A stretch of DNA of 64,000 nt from an uncultured Planctomycetota bacterium (GCA_963845755.1 CAWJTV010000016.1:1-64000); one strand, 5' to 3'; shown: positions 44,715-55,806, counted from the first letter of the stretch. Notes: a model not told the origin generated them from the letters alone. Program-made: numbers and translations.

Positions 44715-44752
44715 TGTGTGTGAGTAGCAATGGAACAGAAAACCGGCATAAG
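44715..44752 (+). repeat. Third Tn3-type IR with a degenerate outer end
   Basis: 28 bp (44720-44747) are the exact reverse complement of 41653-41680; ends TAAG. Confidence 0.7.
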
Positions 44753-44828
44753 TCGTCGAGCGACTTCTACTTTGACGACCCAAAGCGGACCTGACGCCCG
44801 GGCGCAATCCGTCGGGCGAGTCGCACGA

Positions 44829-45200
44829 TTAAGCGGGAGCGTACGTCAACCTAATCACGTCCTCGCCAACGAGATCGCTGGTCACGAAGCGGAGCGGCGG
44901 CCGAGGGCCGGAGAAGAATGGCTTGCCGCGACCCAGTACGATGGGATGGAGGTAATGTCGATACTCATCAATAAGACCAAGGTTGGTCAGGCTTCCTGCC
45001 GAGCCTGGTCCGGCAACTTCAAGCTCCCCAACTGGCTGTGCCTTCAGCCCACGTATCACCGCCTCGATGTCATCCTCGACCAGTGTGGCGTTGGGTCCGA
45101 CCGACTTCAACGTGCGCGACACAACCCACTTCGGCTGGCTGCGCCACGCCGCCGCGAACTCGTGTCCCGCCGCGCCCCAACGCCTCTCGTGAAGGGAGGG
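44829..45200 (-). pseudogene. Dihydrofolate reductase/RibD C-terminal family, 5'-truncated
   Basis: PKWVVSRTL...GLIDEYRHYLHPIVLGRGKPFF; no N-terminal half visible. Confidence 0.75.
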
Positions 45201-45231
45201 TCTGCGCACACCACGATTCCCGCTCTCCGTC

Positions 45232-46089
45232 CTACTCGAGTCGAGCCACACCATTCCCCGGCTTCGGGAACCGGACGAACACCTCCGGATCGTGTCCCGG
45301 GATGATCAATCGAGGGTTGGTCGCGAGCTTCTTCATCCGGTCCTGCGCAGCCAGGTTTGACTTGGCGTCGAGCGTAGCCGTGATCGGCACGTGCTTGTCG
45401 AGGTTCTCGTACAGATAGACGTTGTCCGACGCCACCACCATACGGCCCGACTTCGTATTTACGCCCACGTACTGCGACGCGAACGTGTGCTTCCCTCCGG
45501 TGTAAACCGTCACTCCCGGTATGATCTCCTTGGCGTCGCCGTCGACCAGACGAACACGGCCCTCGGTGTTCAGCTTCACCAGGGCCGCGACATCATCCTG
45601 CTCGGTCGCCGCGCCTTTGCCGGCCGGCGGCTTGACCTCGCGCGTGTAATGATTGAATTCATCTTTCTGGATCCAGACTGTTGCCTTCGGAAACAAATCG
45701 ACACCATCGAAGTGATCCGAGTGCATGTGTGTGATGATGACGTCGGTCACCTCTTCCGGCTTGATCCCAAGTCGCCCGACCGCCTTGTCCGGTCGAATGT
45801 AGTCGGCGATCCCTTTGAACTCCTCGAAGAACTGCGGCCGGTAGAACCCGGCATCGACCAGGACCGTCCGCCCGGCTGGGCCTTTCAGTACCCAGAAAGT
45901 CATGGCGAGGTCGACTTTCCGTTGCGGTTCGGCCCCCTGCACGAGAAAAGAGACTGGACAGCCGGTCGCCGTGCCATACCGGACAGCATACACTTCGTAG
46001 CGCGGCGGCTCGTCGGCCCGTGCGTCGAGCCCATAGAGGCCGCTGACTCCAGTCACGACGATGAGGGCGAGGAACCGTTGATGTGGCAT
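45232..46089 (-). CDS. Secreted N-acyl homoserine lactonase family MBL-fold hydrolase
   Basis: VLVDAGF, THMHSDH, GKHT, ASD, IPGHD. Confidence 0.88.
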   Translation of the reverse strand: MPHQRFLALIVVTGVSGLYGLDARADEPPRYEVYAVRYGTATGCPVSFLVQGAEPQRKVDLAMTFWVLKGPAGRTVLVDAGFYRPQFFEEFKGIADYIRPDKAVGRLGIKPEEVTDVIITHMHSDHFDGVDLFPKATVWIQKDEFNHYTREVKPPAGKGAATEQDDVAALVKLNTEGRVRLVDGDAKEIIPGVTVYTGGKHTFASQYVGVNTKSGRMVVASDNVYLYENLDKHVPITATLDAKSNLAAQDRMKKLATNPRLIIPGHDPEVFVRFPKPGNGVARLE

Positions 46090-46442
46090 GAAAAGCTCGC
46101 AAAACAGAACGGGGATAGGCCGAGTAGTCGGACACAGGCTCGACAACGACGCCGCGCCATCGTCAGTGTGACCAATAACCAGGGGTCCGCCTGTGGCCGG
46201 GAGTGAAATTGAACGACTGGTCCGGAGCAAGCATTGCGGTCATTCACATTTTTACCGGATTGGACCATGTTCCGCTGACAGATAAAGTCGTGGCCTTCAC
46301 AAAGGAGCGGCGGTCACGATTTCTTTCCTTGCGACTTTCGATTCTTGCCACCCTCTACGACCCTTGAACCAAGAAGGCGCCTCGAGGCGGAGCATAAGGG
46401 ACTCCGCGACCGAGGTTCGGCCGTCGGAAGTCCGCGGCTTCC

Positions 46443-47030
46443 TTGGGCCCGAATCCAGCGTGCCACAATCCTGGGGCTTGTCAAGGGGGGCGCCGGCCTC
46501 GACAGAGACGCTGTCTGCTCAAGGGGTGTGAAAAGTCGTTCCGACCGACCCATCCCCAGGCCCGGTACTGCAGTCCCGAGTGTCGCGCGGCGGCGCGGCG
46601 ATGGCGGCGGAGACAGGCCAGCCGGCAGTATCGGCGGACGAGCCACGGTCAAGAAAAACGCCGGGATCAGAGCCGGCGGTACCGGTGTCGTTGCGCCGAG
46701 CGCCGGCGGGCGGCCCAAGCCCAGGATACCGCGTGCGGTACGCGACCAGTGCCAAGCTGCTCCAGGACTTCACCGCGGCCCTGGCTGATGGAACCTCGAC
46801 CCTTGTCATCGCCGAATACGCACGTTTCGATCTTCTCTTGATCGACGAATTCGGTTTCGACCGCCTGGAGCACGAGGGCAAGCCCAGGCCAGCACCTCGT
46901 ACTACCGCCTCCTCGACGCCCGCACCGGCCGCCGCTCGACGGCGCTGCGAGCCAACATCGACTTTGCCGCCTGGGCCCTATCGCGACCCACCCTGGCCAC
47001 GGCATTCCTCGACCGCCTGGTCGCCTCTAA
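46443..47030 (+). pseudogene. Degenerate IS21-like remnant: Cys/Arg-rich accessory ORF fused to an istB fragment
   Basis: GYRVRYATSAKLL...FDLLLIDEFGFD (Walker B) and, out of frame, ATAFLDRLV; Walker A and istA are absent. Confidence 0.65.
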
Positions 47031-47558
47031 CCTGCTCCGGGCCCTCCCCCCCCGATCCCACCATCGTCTGGGCGACCGACCAGGTGCCCTCACCCCTCCC
47101 GAAAAGCGCCCACCAACGATTCGCCGCAACCGCTCAGGTGGTACCCGCTGGCCCGAAATCGCCTCACGGACCGAAACCGACACATGTGGTACCTTCGAGT
47201 GGAGAGAGTGCCGAACCAACCGCAGCACACCTGCGTCTTCTTGGGCAGATCGCCACACCTGAACCAACCCAAGACAAGACTCCGGCTTGGCCGCATCCCT
47301 GGCTCGTACTAGAATCGAATTCAGTTCTTTAACGATTCTCGTCGGGAGGCCCCATGCTCGACATCAGCCGCGACATCCATTCGCTGACCGAGTGTCACAC
47401 CGCCCGTGACGAACTGGAACCATGACACCGCCGTGGGCCCTCTCCTTTTATTCCCGTACGCGGCGCGTCAACGCCGATCGAAAACGAAAACCCCGTGGAC
47501 GGACCGTCCGCCATCCGGTACAGTTCGGGTTGAGAAGTTGTTGATCAAAGGTTAAACT

Positions 47559-48974
47559 TTGAGGCCGATGCGATGGATGCTCCGGGGACGGGTCACCGGT
47601 TCGGTTGCCGCGAGTTCCGGCGGCGGGAGCCGTCGCGGCGCGAGGCGCGTGCGCGCCGGGGCGCTGGCAATGGCAGGGCTGGGGTTGCCCGAGCTGTATC
47701 GCAACCGGGCGGGCGCGGCGGGCCCCGGAGGATTCGGGCGGGCGAAATCGTGCCTCCTGATCTTCATGTGGGGCGGTCCGAGTCAGCTCGACACGTGGGA
47801 CCCGAAGCCCGATGCACCGGCGGAGATCCGCGGCAGCTTCCGCACAATCGCGACCCGGACTCCGGGCGTTCGGATCAGCGAGCACTTCCCCAAGCTGGCG
47901 GTGCGGACGGACAAGTTGGCGATCGTGCGGTCGATGAGCCACGACGACGCCGCACATCTCTCGACGGCCCACCGCATCTTGACCGGGCACCTCGCCCCGA
48001 CGCCGAATTCCGACGCGGCCGGTCCGTCGCCCAACGACTGGCCGCACCTGGGTTCGCTGGTCGCGCGCGTCCGGCCGCGACGCGGGGCGCTGCCCCAGTC
48101 GGTGACGATGCCCTGGACGGTCGCCCATCCGGCCGCGCCCGGCGGCAAGGCCCCGGGCCAGCACGGCGGCTGGCTCGGAAAGGCGTACGACCCGTTCCGG
48201 GTCGAAGGGGATCCGAACGCCCACGATTTCCAGGTTGAGGGCCTCGGCTTGCCCGAGGGCGTCTCGGCCGATCGGCTCGGCCGCCGGCGCGCCTTGCGTG
48301 CCGGGATGGATCGCTCATCAGGGCTCTCCGGGACCGGTCCCGCCGCCTGGGATGGTTATTGCGAGCGGGCGCTCGACTCGCTCGGCTCGGCCGAGGCGCA
48401 AGGCGCCTTCACGCTCGACGGAGAGGACCCGCTCATCCGCGACCGATACGGCCGGAACATCCACGGACAATGCCTCTTGCTGGCCCGGCGCCTGATCGAG
48501 GCGGGCGTCCCGCTGGTGACGGTCAATTGGCACGACGACCACAGTAACTTCTGGGACACCCACGGCGACAACTTCAACCAGCTCAAGGACCGGCTGATGC
48601 CTCCCGCCGACCAGGGACTGTCCGCCCTGCTCGACGACCTGGATGCGCGGGGACTTCTCGATGAGACACTGGTCGTCTGGGTCGGCGAATTCGGCCGCCA
48701 GCCGCACATCACCCGCGGCAACGCCGGCCGCGAACACTGGCCGCACTGCTACAGCGCCGTCCTGGCAGGGGCCGGTATTTGCGGCGGGGCGGTCCACGGC
48801 GCCTCCGACCGCTGGGCCGCCTACCCGGCGCACGATCCGGTCAGCCCCGACGACCTCGGCGCCACGATCCTCCACGCCCTCGGCATCAACCCCGCGACCG
48901 AGATTCGCGACCCGGTCGGCCGGCCCATGCGGATCAATAACGGCAACCCACTGACGAGGTTGTTCGTGTCCTGA
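47559..48974 (+). CDS. DUF1501 family protein (true start uncertain)
   Basis: GGPSQLDTWDPKP, CLLARRLIEAGV, WDTH, GEFGR, GREHW. Confidence 0.93.
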   Translation: MRPMRWMLRGRVTGSVAASSGGGSRRGARRVRAGALAMAGLGLPELYRNRAGAAGPGGFGRAKSCLLIFMWGGPSQLDTWDPKPDAPAEIRGSFRTIATRTPGVRISEHFPKLAVRTDKLAIVRSMSHDDAAHLSTAHRILTGHLAPTPNSDAAGPSPNDWPHLGSLVARVRPRRGALPQSVTMPWTVAHPAAPGGKAPGQHGGWLGKAYDPFRVEGDPNAHDFQVEGLGLPEGVSADRLGRRRALRAGMDRSSGLSGTGPAAWDGYCERALDSLGSAEAQGAFTLDGEDPLIRDRYGRNIHGQCLLLARRLIEAGVPLVTVNWHDDHSNFWDTHGDNFNQLKDRLMPPADQGLSALLDDLDARGLLDETLVVWVGEFGRQPHITRGNAGREHWPHCYSAVLAGAGICGGAVHGASDRWAAYPAHDPVSPDDLGATILHALGINPATEIRDPVGRPMRINNGNPLTRLFVS

Positions 48975-49079
48975 ATACGCCGGAGAGACGGCGGCGTCCC
49001 GATGCACATCGCGGCCCAGATTCTCTGAGGGCGACTTGGCCGACCGGCTCAGGAGCGGTCCTTCCAGTCGCGACCTGGT

Positions 49080-49535
49080 TCACCGGCGAGATCCCGCTTC
49101 GATCGGACCGCGCCGAGAGTCTCGCGGAAGAAAGGCCGCCGGTGACAAGTCGAAGAACATGGCGAGCTTGAGGATCTGCCCCTTGGTGAGCGAGCGGGCA
49201 CCGGTCAGCACCGCCGAAATCGTAGACTGAGCGATACCGACGGCCTTCGCCAGCTCCATCTGACTGAACCCGTTGGACCGCATCAGCTCGCGGAGTACGT
49301 CGGCCTCCGAGACATCCGCCATCGCGACATGCTCGTCCTCGTAGGCTGCGACCAGGTCGGTCAAGACGTCCAGGTACCTCTGGATCCCTTCATCCCGGTC
49401 CTGCCGCAACAACCCGTTGAGCACCGCGAGCGCCTCATCCAGGTGGGCCTCGTCCCGGATATGGATGAGCGGGAATCGCTTGACCAGCTTCCAGTAGGTG
49501 TCCGGCACTCTCGGGGTAGCGGCCTTGGCTGCCAT
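49080..49535 (-). CDS. higA: HigA-type antitoxin (HTH)
   Basis: LDVLTDLVAAYEDEH...SQMELAKAVGIAQSTISAVLTGARSLT. Confidence 0.85.
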   Translation of the reverse strand: MAAKAATPRVPDTYWKLVKRFPLIHIRDEAHLDEALAVLNGLLRQDRDEGIQRYLDVLTDLVAAYEDEHVAMADVSEADVLRELMRSNGFSQMELAKAVGIAQSTISAVLTGARSLTKGQILKLAMFFDLSPAAFLPRDSRRGPIEAGSRR

Positions 49536-49541
49536 CGCTCA

Positions 49542-49900
49542 TCATCCTCTCTTCTGCCGGCGGGGCATGGCCGCCCCCGGTGCGGGGGACTTCTTCGCCA
49601 CGGGCGGCCTTCTGGGCGGGGGCTCGTGACACCCGCAGTCATCGATCCAGCGTCCCTTGTCGTATTCCCGGTGATCCATCACCTTGAGGATGTACAGTTT
49701 GCCGGTGGTATAGAACACGCGCCCGATCAGCCGGAAGCGGTTGTTGCCCACGTCGAAAACGACGCAGTTGCCGACCTGATCGGCCGATCCGAAGGTCTGC
49801 CTGAGCGCCCCGAAGTGGTCCCAGTCGGCGCTTTCGGCCATCTTGAACCAGGCTGGCGGTACTTGACCGCTTCAGGCATGCCAGCCCCCTCCCAGAGACC
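49542..49900 (-). CDS. higB: HigB-type toxin, N-terminus frameshifted or degenerate
   Basis: F.SAD.V..CVVFDVGNNRFRLI...HREYDK. Confidence 0.8.
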
Positions 49901-49965
49901 TGTGTGGAGCAATGATCGCTGATTTGATTCTTATGGTACTCGCTCACTTCCACTCCACGCTGTCG

Positions 49966-50538
49966 TTACCCCGGTCTTGAAGGAACGGCCGCGCCCGTTT
50001 CCGTCTCCTCCTGAGCGAAGACGCGCTCGTAGTCCTCTTCCGCCGTCTTGCCCAACCGCTCGGCCATCTTCCGATAGGCGGGCCGTCGATAATCCCATTC
50101 CCGGGACCGGGGCACCTGTTCCAGCCAGTCGAAGAGGTGGACGTGGCACAGGTCGTCGTAGTCGTGCCGCGAGAGCGGGACCTCTTCGCCGGTGATGCGG
50201 TCCACGATCCGATAAGGCTCGGCCACCTGACCGAGGGCCCGGTCGAAAGACGCACGATCCATGGCGCAGTTCAGGTACGCGAGGTGTTCCGCCCGGTCGC
50301 CGATCAAGGTGCGGACCTCGCCCCGGCGCTCGAGGGGCAAGGTGAAACCCTGGAACTTCTCGGTGCCGTAGATCGAGTGGAACATCCCGGCCCGACAAAC
50401 GTCCTCCGGACAGCCCTGCGATTCCAGGAGACGGAACACGGCGATCAAGTGCGCCAGGTACGACTTGTGCGTGTGCGCGACCTGCTCGATGCCCATCCCG
50501 ACCAGGAAATCGGTCATCCGCTTGAAGTCTTTATCCAT
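49966..50538 (-). CDS. HD-like protein (DUF6817-type)
   Basis: HTHKSYLAHL...AGMFHSIYGTE...IGDRAE. Confidence 0.75.
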   Translation of the reverse strand: MDKDFKRMTDFLVGMGIEQVAHTHKSYLAHLIAVFRLLESQGCPEDVCRAGMFHSIYGTEKFQGFTLPLERRGEVRTLIGDRAEHLAYLNCAMDRASFDRALGQVAEPYRIVDRITGEEVPLSRHDYDDLCHVHLFDWLEQVPRSREWDYRRPAYRKMAERLGKTAEEDYERVFAQEETETGAAVPSRPG

Positions 50539-51119
50539 CGTCCACCCCGCGACGTTCCAGGAGAGAGACTACACGCCACACCCTGAAGATTATCCCCAAC
50601 GCGGCGGAGACCGCAACCCAACGAGGATTCCGGATTTCCGGATGCCCCAGGCCCCTCTTCAAACCACGGATCCCGGCCGCGCAGTCTCCCTGTTTTCTTT
50701 TTTTTCGGATTTTCGCATCTACTGCCGCGGTCGAAAGTTCGGGAGGCCAGCAGCCTGAAATCCGCACTAGGTGCATTAACGAAATTTCCAAGTTGCGGCA
50801 TACTGAATATAGAGGATCTCGAAACCCGTACCTGGTCGCGAAAGACCTGAGAATTCCGCCTTCCCAATGCCGCCCGCGACTCGATTGCTCCGACCTTTTC
50901 GGGACGTGCACCGAACTCGCTTCGGGTTAAAGAGATCGGCGACGGCGACTCGCCGAAATGGTGATCACCAGTGCCTATTTGTGCCACGATCCCGGGCTGG
51001 CGCGGCCCCACCCAACCCCGGCGCCCGTGGGAATGAAGCTAACCCGCGGAGGAGCTTCCGGTGGGCGGCTGATGGCGCGGGGCGTCGGCTGAATTGCTGG
51101 TCGGTGAGGGGCACGGCCG

Positions 51120-52611
51120 ATGTCCGGAGAGAACGCGAACACAGCCGATCCGAATCCGTCCATGAGTCATACCTCGACCGTTCGGCGATACCTCCCGAGG
51201 TTCCTTCCTCTCACCGCGATCCTGGTATTGGCCTCGATGCTGCGGATGTTTCATCTGGGCCAGAGCAGTCTCTGGTACGACGAGATCGTCACGATGCGAC
51301 TGGCCCGTACGGAGGACCCCTCCGCCCTTCTCCGGCTCCTCGATCAGATCGATGCGACCCGTGCTCCCCTTCAACCGTGTCTCCTTCAAGGCTGGGTCTC
51401 CCTCTTCGGACCCTCCGATCTCTCGGGTCGGAGCTTCAGTGGCGCTCTGCGGCATCCTCACGGTCGCCGTCGTGTACTGGGTCGGCCTCAGGGCCTTCGA
51501 TGCGACGACTGGACTCTGGGCCTCCTGGCTTTGTGCGATCAGCCCCCTGCTGGTGTATTACTCGCGGGAAGTGCGCATGTACGCGTGGCTGGTCCTGGTC
51601 ACATGCCTGGGTTGGGGCCTGTTGTTCTCGCAGAGGCGCTCGCCGCGAATCGGGAATCTCGTGCTCTATGGACTCGCCCTGATGGCCATCGCTTACTCGC
51701 ACCCACTCGGCTTGTTGATGGTCGGCGCCCTCGGTTTGGCCTCGTTCCTGCATCGCCGGGCGTTCCAGGTTTCCTGGCGGAGCTGGCTCATCACGCATCT
51801 CGCCGTCGCGGCGGCCGTCATGCCGTGGGTGGGCAAGTACCTGGACCACGCCCCGGAATCGACCACCGGTCTGCTGTCACTCCGGTTCTTGCTCGGGATG
51901 CCGATCGGATTCATCGGTGGAAACTTCGTCACTCTGCTCGCTTGCTCGCTGTTGATCGCGTGTGGTCTGTGTGGGCTTCAACGACGAGACAACGGCGGTT
52001 TCCGGATCGTGCCGGAACCCGCCGCTCCGTCCATATCTCTCTTGATCTGGCTGTTGGTTCCTCCCGTTGTCCTTTACGTTTACTCGCGCGTCGCGCATCC
52101 GATTTTCGGCCCGGCGCGCTATACGCTATTCGTCGGCCCGGCCTACCTGATTCTGGTGGCCCGAGGGCTGAGCAAGCTGGTCTGGCCCCTGGGCCTCGCG
52201 GTCGCGGCGGGTGGTGTCGTCCTTTCCGGCGTCATGATGCGGAACGACGTCTATCGCCCCGACCTGAAAGCCGACTGGAGGGGAGCCGCCGCTTACCTCA
52301 ACCGCCGCGACCCGGGCGCGCCGGTCGCGATCCTCTCGGCGGACGCTTCCGGAGATACGGAGCTCGAGACCGCCCGCTATTACCTCGGACCGGATCGGCG
52401 GCTGATCTCCTGGGCCGATCGGCCCGGCGATGTCATCCCGAGCCGGGATCCCACCTGGGTTGCAATCAGTCTCCGGGACGGCCGGCCAGCCAGCACGCTG
52501 CCGGCGGCGTTGACCGACGAGGAATTCGTCCGAGAAACCGTCGATTTCCCGGGGCTTCGACTGATGTGGGTCGGTTCCAAGGGGGTTCACTCCGAGGGGC
52601 CAGACCGATGA
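51120..52611 (+). CDS. GT39/PMT-like membrane glycosyltransferase, frameshift near 51450
   Basis: SLWYDE, SPLLVYYSREVRMYA, ARY, KADWR. Confidence 0.85.
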
Positions 52612-54197
52612 GACCGATTCGAAGGAAGCTGGGGTCTGGCCTGGGTTCCGGTTTAGTCCTGGCGATCGTTGCGGTGGCTTCCGTCGGGCTGAACACCGAC
52701 CTCCAGGCACCCCCGCGGTTCGACGGAGCGGGTTACGCCGTGCTCGGCGAAGCCCTGGCAACGGGGCGGGGCTATCGGGAGATCAGCGATCCGGCAACGC
52801 CCCGACACGCCCACTTCCCGCCGGGATATCCGGCCGCGCTCGCCGTCCTCTGGTGGTCCACGGGCCGCTCGGTCGCGGCGGCCCACGTCTTCTCCGTCGC
52901 TTGCATCGTGGCCGCGGTCCTTCTGGCCTGGCGGTGGTTCCTCGCGATCTACTCGCGAAGGGTGGCCCTGCTACTCGGACTGGCCCTGGCGGTCAACTGG
53001 ACCTGGGGACGGGTCGGGGGCTCGATCCAGTCGGAGCCGCTCTATATCTTCTCCGAGCTACTGGCCGTGCTCGTGGCGGTTCAGGCGGGACGGCGGGACG
53101 GTATCGCCATCGGCATGGTCCTGGGACTCGTCCTGGCTGTATGCGTCTTGACCCGGCACGTTGGTGGATGCCTTATTGCGGCGGTGTTCCTCGATCTCGG
53201 GCTGCGCCGCCGATGGCGAACGTTGTGGCCGGCAGGGCTGACAGCGCTTGTGCTGATTCTTCCCTGGGTCGGTTGGCAGGCGGCCGTTCGCCACCACACC
53301 CAGGCCGGCCTGTTCGTGCAAGAGGAGTTGGCCGCCCGGATGGCCGGACAGGCGGTGTTTTACCTTCAGAGACTTCCCGATCAAATCACCGGCCCCATCG
53401 TCGAAGTCGGGACGGCGTTCTCCCGCTCTGCGGCCGTCGCCGTGTGGGTCAATTCCTGGGTGGCCGCGGCGACTCGCTGGCTTCTCCGTGGCCGCCGGAT
53501 CGACGCCGTTGCCGTGCTGGTCAATCTCTGGGCGGTTGCGGCGACATGCGTCTTGGTTTGGGGATGGACAACGACTTTGCGAAATCCTCGCCGCCGGTTG
53601 GCCGGGCTGATCGCCTTCCTGACGCTCGCACTGCTCCTGGTCTGGCCGTTCCTGGAAGCGGGCCGGTTCCTGATCCCGCTCGTGCCCTTCTTGCTCGCGG
53701 GTGCGACCGAGGGCCTCGCACGCCTGATGTCCTTGATGGGAATGAGACGGCCCCGCAACTGGGCGGCGGGCATGATCCTCGCGATCTCAATCCCCTACGC
53801 GGCCTACGCCGTCGCGACCGGCCGCGCCGCGGCCCAGCAGCGGATCCACGCCGATTTCGATGGCGCCTGCCGGTGGATCGCCCACGACGCGACGCGACCC
53901 GGACTCATCCTGACCAGCCACCCCGGCGAGGTGTTCTGGCAGACGAGCCGTCAAGCCGTCGGCTGGGATTCCTCCGACCCCGAAGCCATCGGCCAGCTCA
54001 TCGATCGCCGTGGGATCGCCTACCTCCTGATCGACGAGGATCGCTATGCCAACGCTGCCGAGGACCCCTTGGTGCAGTATCTGAGACGGTATCCCGAGCG
54101 GGTGACCCTGGTCTGGAGCCCGAGCCGTGGCATGGCATCGATTCAGATCTGGGAGATATCACCGACCAGGGGTCACTCCTCGGAACGGACAAAATAG
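52608..54197 (+). CDS. GT39/ArnT-like membrane glycosyltransferase
   Basis: DGAGYAVLGEALATGRGY...FPPGYP, QSEPLY, RFLIPL; the ORF track fuses it artificially to the upstream frame. Confidence 0.8.
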   Translation: MRPIRRKLGSGLGSGLVLAIVAVASVGLNTDLQAPPRFDGAGYAVLGEALATGRGYREISDPATPRHAHFPPGYPAALAVLWWSTGRSVAAAHVFSVACIVAAVLLAWRWFLAIYSRRVALLLGLALAVNWTWGRVGGSIQSEPLYIFSELLAVLVAVQAGRRDGIAIGMVLGLVLAVCVLTRHVGGCLIAAVFLDLGLRRRWRTLWPAGLTALVLILPWVGWQAAVRHHTQAGLFVQEELAARMAGQAVFYLQRLPDQITGPIVEVGTAFSRSAAVAVWVNSWVAAATRWLLRGRRIDAVAVLVNLWAVAATCVLVWGWTTTLRNPRRRLAGLIAFLTLALLLVWPFLEAGRFLIPLVPFLLAGATEGLARLMSLMGMRRPRNWAAGMILAISIPYAAYAVATGRAAAQQRIHADFDGACRWIAHDATRPGLILTSHPGEVFWQTSRQAVGWDSSDPEAIGQLIDRRGIAYLLIDEDRYANAAEDPLVQYLRRYPERVTLVWSPSRGMASIQIWEISPTRGHSSERTK

Positions 54198-54305
54198 CAT
54201 GCCAAGGGTTGGACTCGCCTTCGCTGATGAGTATCCTTTGACAATCGTGAGAGGATTGACGCCCGTTGTTCTACCCGATCGCGTGGATGACACGAGACCC
54301 GTGCC

Positions 54306-54950
54306 ATGTCCACCAAGCGGGTCTCGATCAGCCAGGTGATGATGGTCGTTGCGCTGGCCGCCGTGAACTTGGCCGTGACGCGCACCGCACCGGGGGATAT
54401 AGCCAGATACCCTACACTCTGGGTTCTCGTGGGATCCATCGACTTCCTGATCATCTGGAAGCTGATCCTGACCCGATCACTTCGAGCCTTTCACTACACG
54501 TGCCTGATCGTCTTTGTCATTACGTACGTCGTCACGGCGAACTTCGTCGCGATGGAGCGGCTCCATCCTCTGGGCCTCCTGGTCCGTTGGTACCAACACC
54601 TCACGGGAGAGCAGACAACCAGCGTCTCGCCTGGATTCCTCTGGATCGGCGAGTTCTGGATGGCTTGTTTCTTGAGCTTTTCGCTGGGGTGCGCGATTGG
54701 ATTGGTTGCGGCGCGGCTAGAAAGGCGTCGAGGTTGGGACATCGCAGCATTCTTCCGTGGGGCGCTCATTGGGGTCGGGATTACAAGTCTATTGTCGATC
54801 GTTGCCCACGCGGCATGGGGAGGGGCGGAACCATCGTACGTTCTCTGGATTGAGAGGGTCGTCGGGTGGGTCTGTCTGATCCTGGGCGGCTTGTTGGGGT
54901 TGTCCAGGCTGAAGTCGAAGAGACCTGCCGGAGAGGGTCGCAACGGATAA
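54306..54950 (+). CDS. Membrane protein
   Basis: About six TM segments; N-terminus RVSISQVMMVVALAAVNL resembles that of 37078-37587. Confidence 0.7.
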   Translation: MSTKRVSISQVMMVVALAAVNLAVTRTAPGDIARYPTLWVLVGSIDFLIIWKLILTRSLRAFHYTCLIVFVITYVVTANFVAMERLHPLGLLVRWYQHLTGEQTTSVSPGFLWIGEFWMACFLSFSLGCAIGLVAARLERRRGWDIAAFFRGALIGVGITSLLSIVAHAAWGGAEPSYVLWIERVVGWVCLILGGLLGLSRLKSKRPAGEGRNG

Positions 54951-54984
54951 ATCACACAGCGTCGACAAACACCTCAATTTTTGA

Positions 54985-55806
54985 CTACAGGGCACCGCCG
55001 AGGACGCCCTGCGCGACCGCAATGAGGATGTAGGGCCGTTCGCGGCTGTGCTCCGAGCGCGGCCGGACGATGTAGGGATTGAACAATGAAGCCAGGAACG
55101 TGTCACGGCCCAGGATGATCTCGTCGGCCTTCGCGCGGATCGCCGGACTGACATGCGTCCGAATCGCGGGGCAGAACCAGGACGACAACCGCCAGAAGCC
55201 CCGGATGTGGAGCCAGGGCGACCGTTCGGCCGCGAGCGACCGGTGACTCCACCAGGCGGCCGATTGGGGAAACTGGGTGTAGAGGCGTACGGCTCGGAAC
55301 CTCGAGTGGAGCAAGCTGACGAACTCCTCCTCGTCGAGCTCGATGCGATGGAACGGATTTTGAGTCCCTTCGCCGCTGTAGACCGGGCGGTTCGGGGTCG
55401 AGACGATGAGCATCCCTTCGGAGACGAGGACTCGAGCACATTCCGCGAGGAAGGCGGCCGGGTCGTCGACGTGTTCGATCGTCTCGAACGAGACGACCAC
55501 ATCGATCGACCGATCCGGCAGCGGGATGGCCTGAGCATCACCGGGGCGGGCGTCGAGGCCGTATTTCCGCCGCGCGTGCTCGCAGACCTCGGCCGACAGG
55601 TCGATTCCGACGGTGCTCGACGCCCCGGCCCTGGTGAGGGCCGCCGCCCCGTAGCCCTCGCCGCAGGCGACGTCGAGCACACGCCTGCCGCAGACGAAGT
55701 CCTTCGCGAAACGGTAACGGGCGACGTGCTCCCAGAAGGTCCGGGCATGGGCCTCCTCGGGCACCATGCGTTCCGTGTAGTGGAGGGCCTCGCGATCGTC
55801 AATCAT
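54985..55806 (-). CDS. Class I SAM-dependent methyltransferase
   Basis: EHVARY, VLDVACGEGYG, VVSFETIEH, STPN. Confidence 0.92.
   Translation of the reverse strand: MIDDREALHYTERMVPEEAHARTFWEHVARYRFAKDFVCGRRVLDVACGEGYGAAALTRAGASSTVGIDLSAEVCEHARRKYGLDARPGDAQAIPLPDRSIDVVVSFETIEHVDDPAAFLAECARVLVSEGMLIVSTPNRPVYSGEGTQNPFHRIELDEEEFVSLLHSRFRAVRLYTQFPQSAAWWSHRSLAAERSPWLHIRGFWRLSSWFCPAIRTHVSPAIRAKADEIILGRDTFLASLFNPYIVRPRSEHSRERPYILIAVAQGVLGGAL

Noticed and set aside
51120..54197. 1025-aa fused ORF
   Set aside because: Artefact of a frameshift near 51450; the region holds two separate glycosyltransferase genes.
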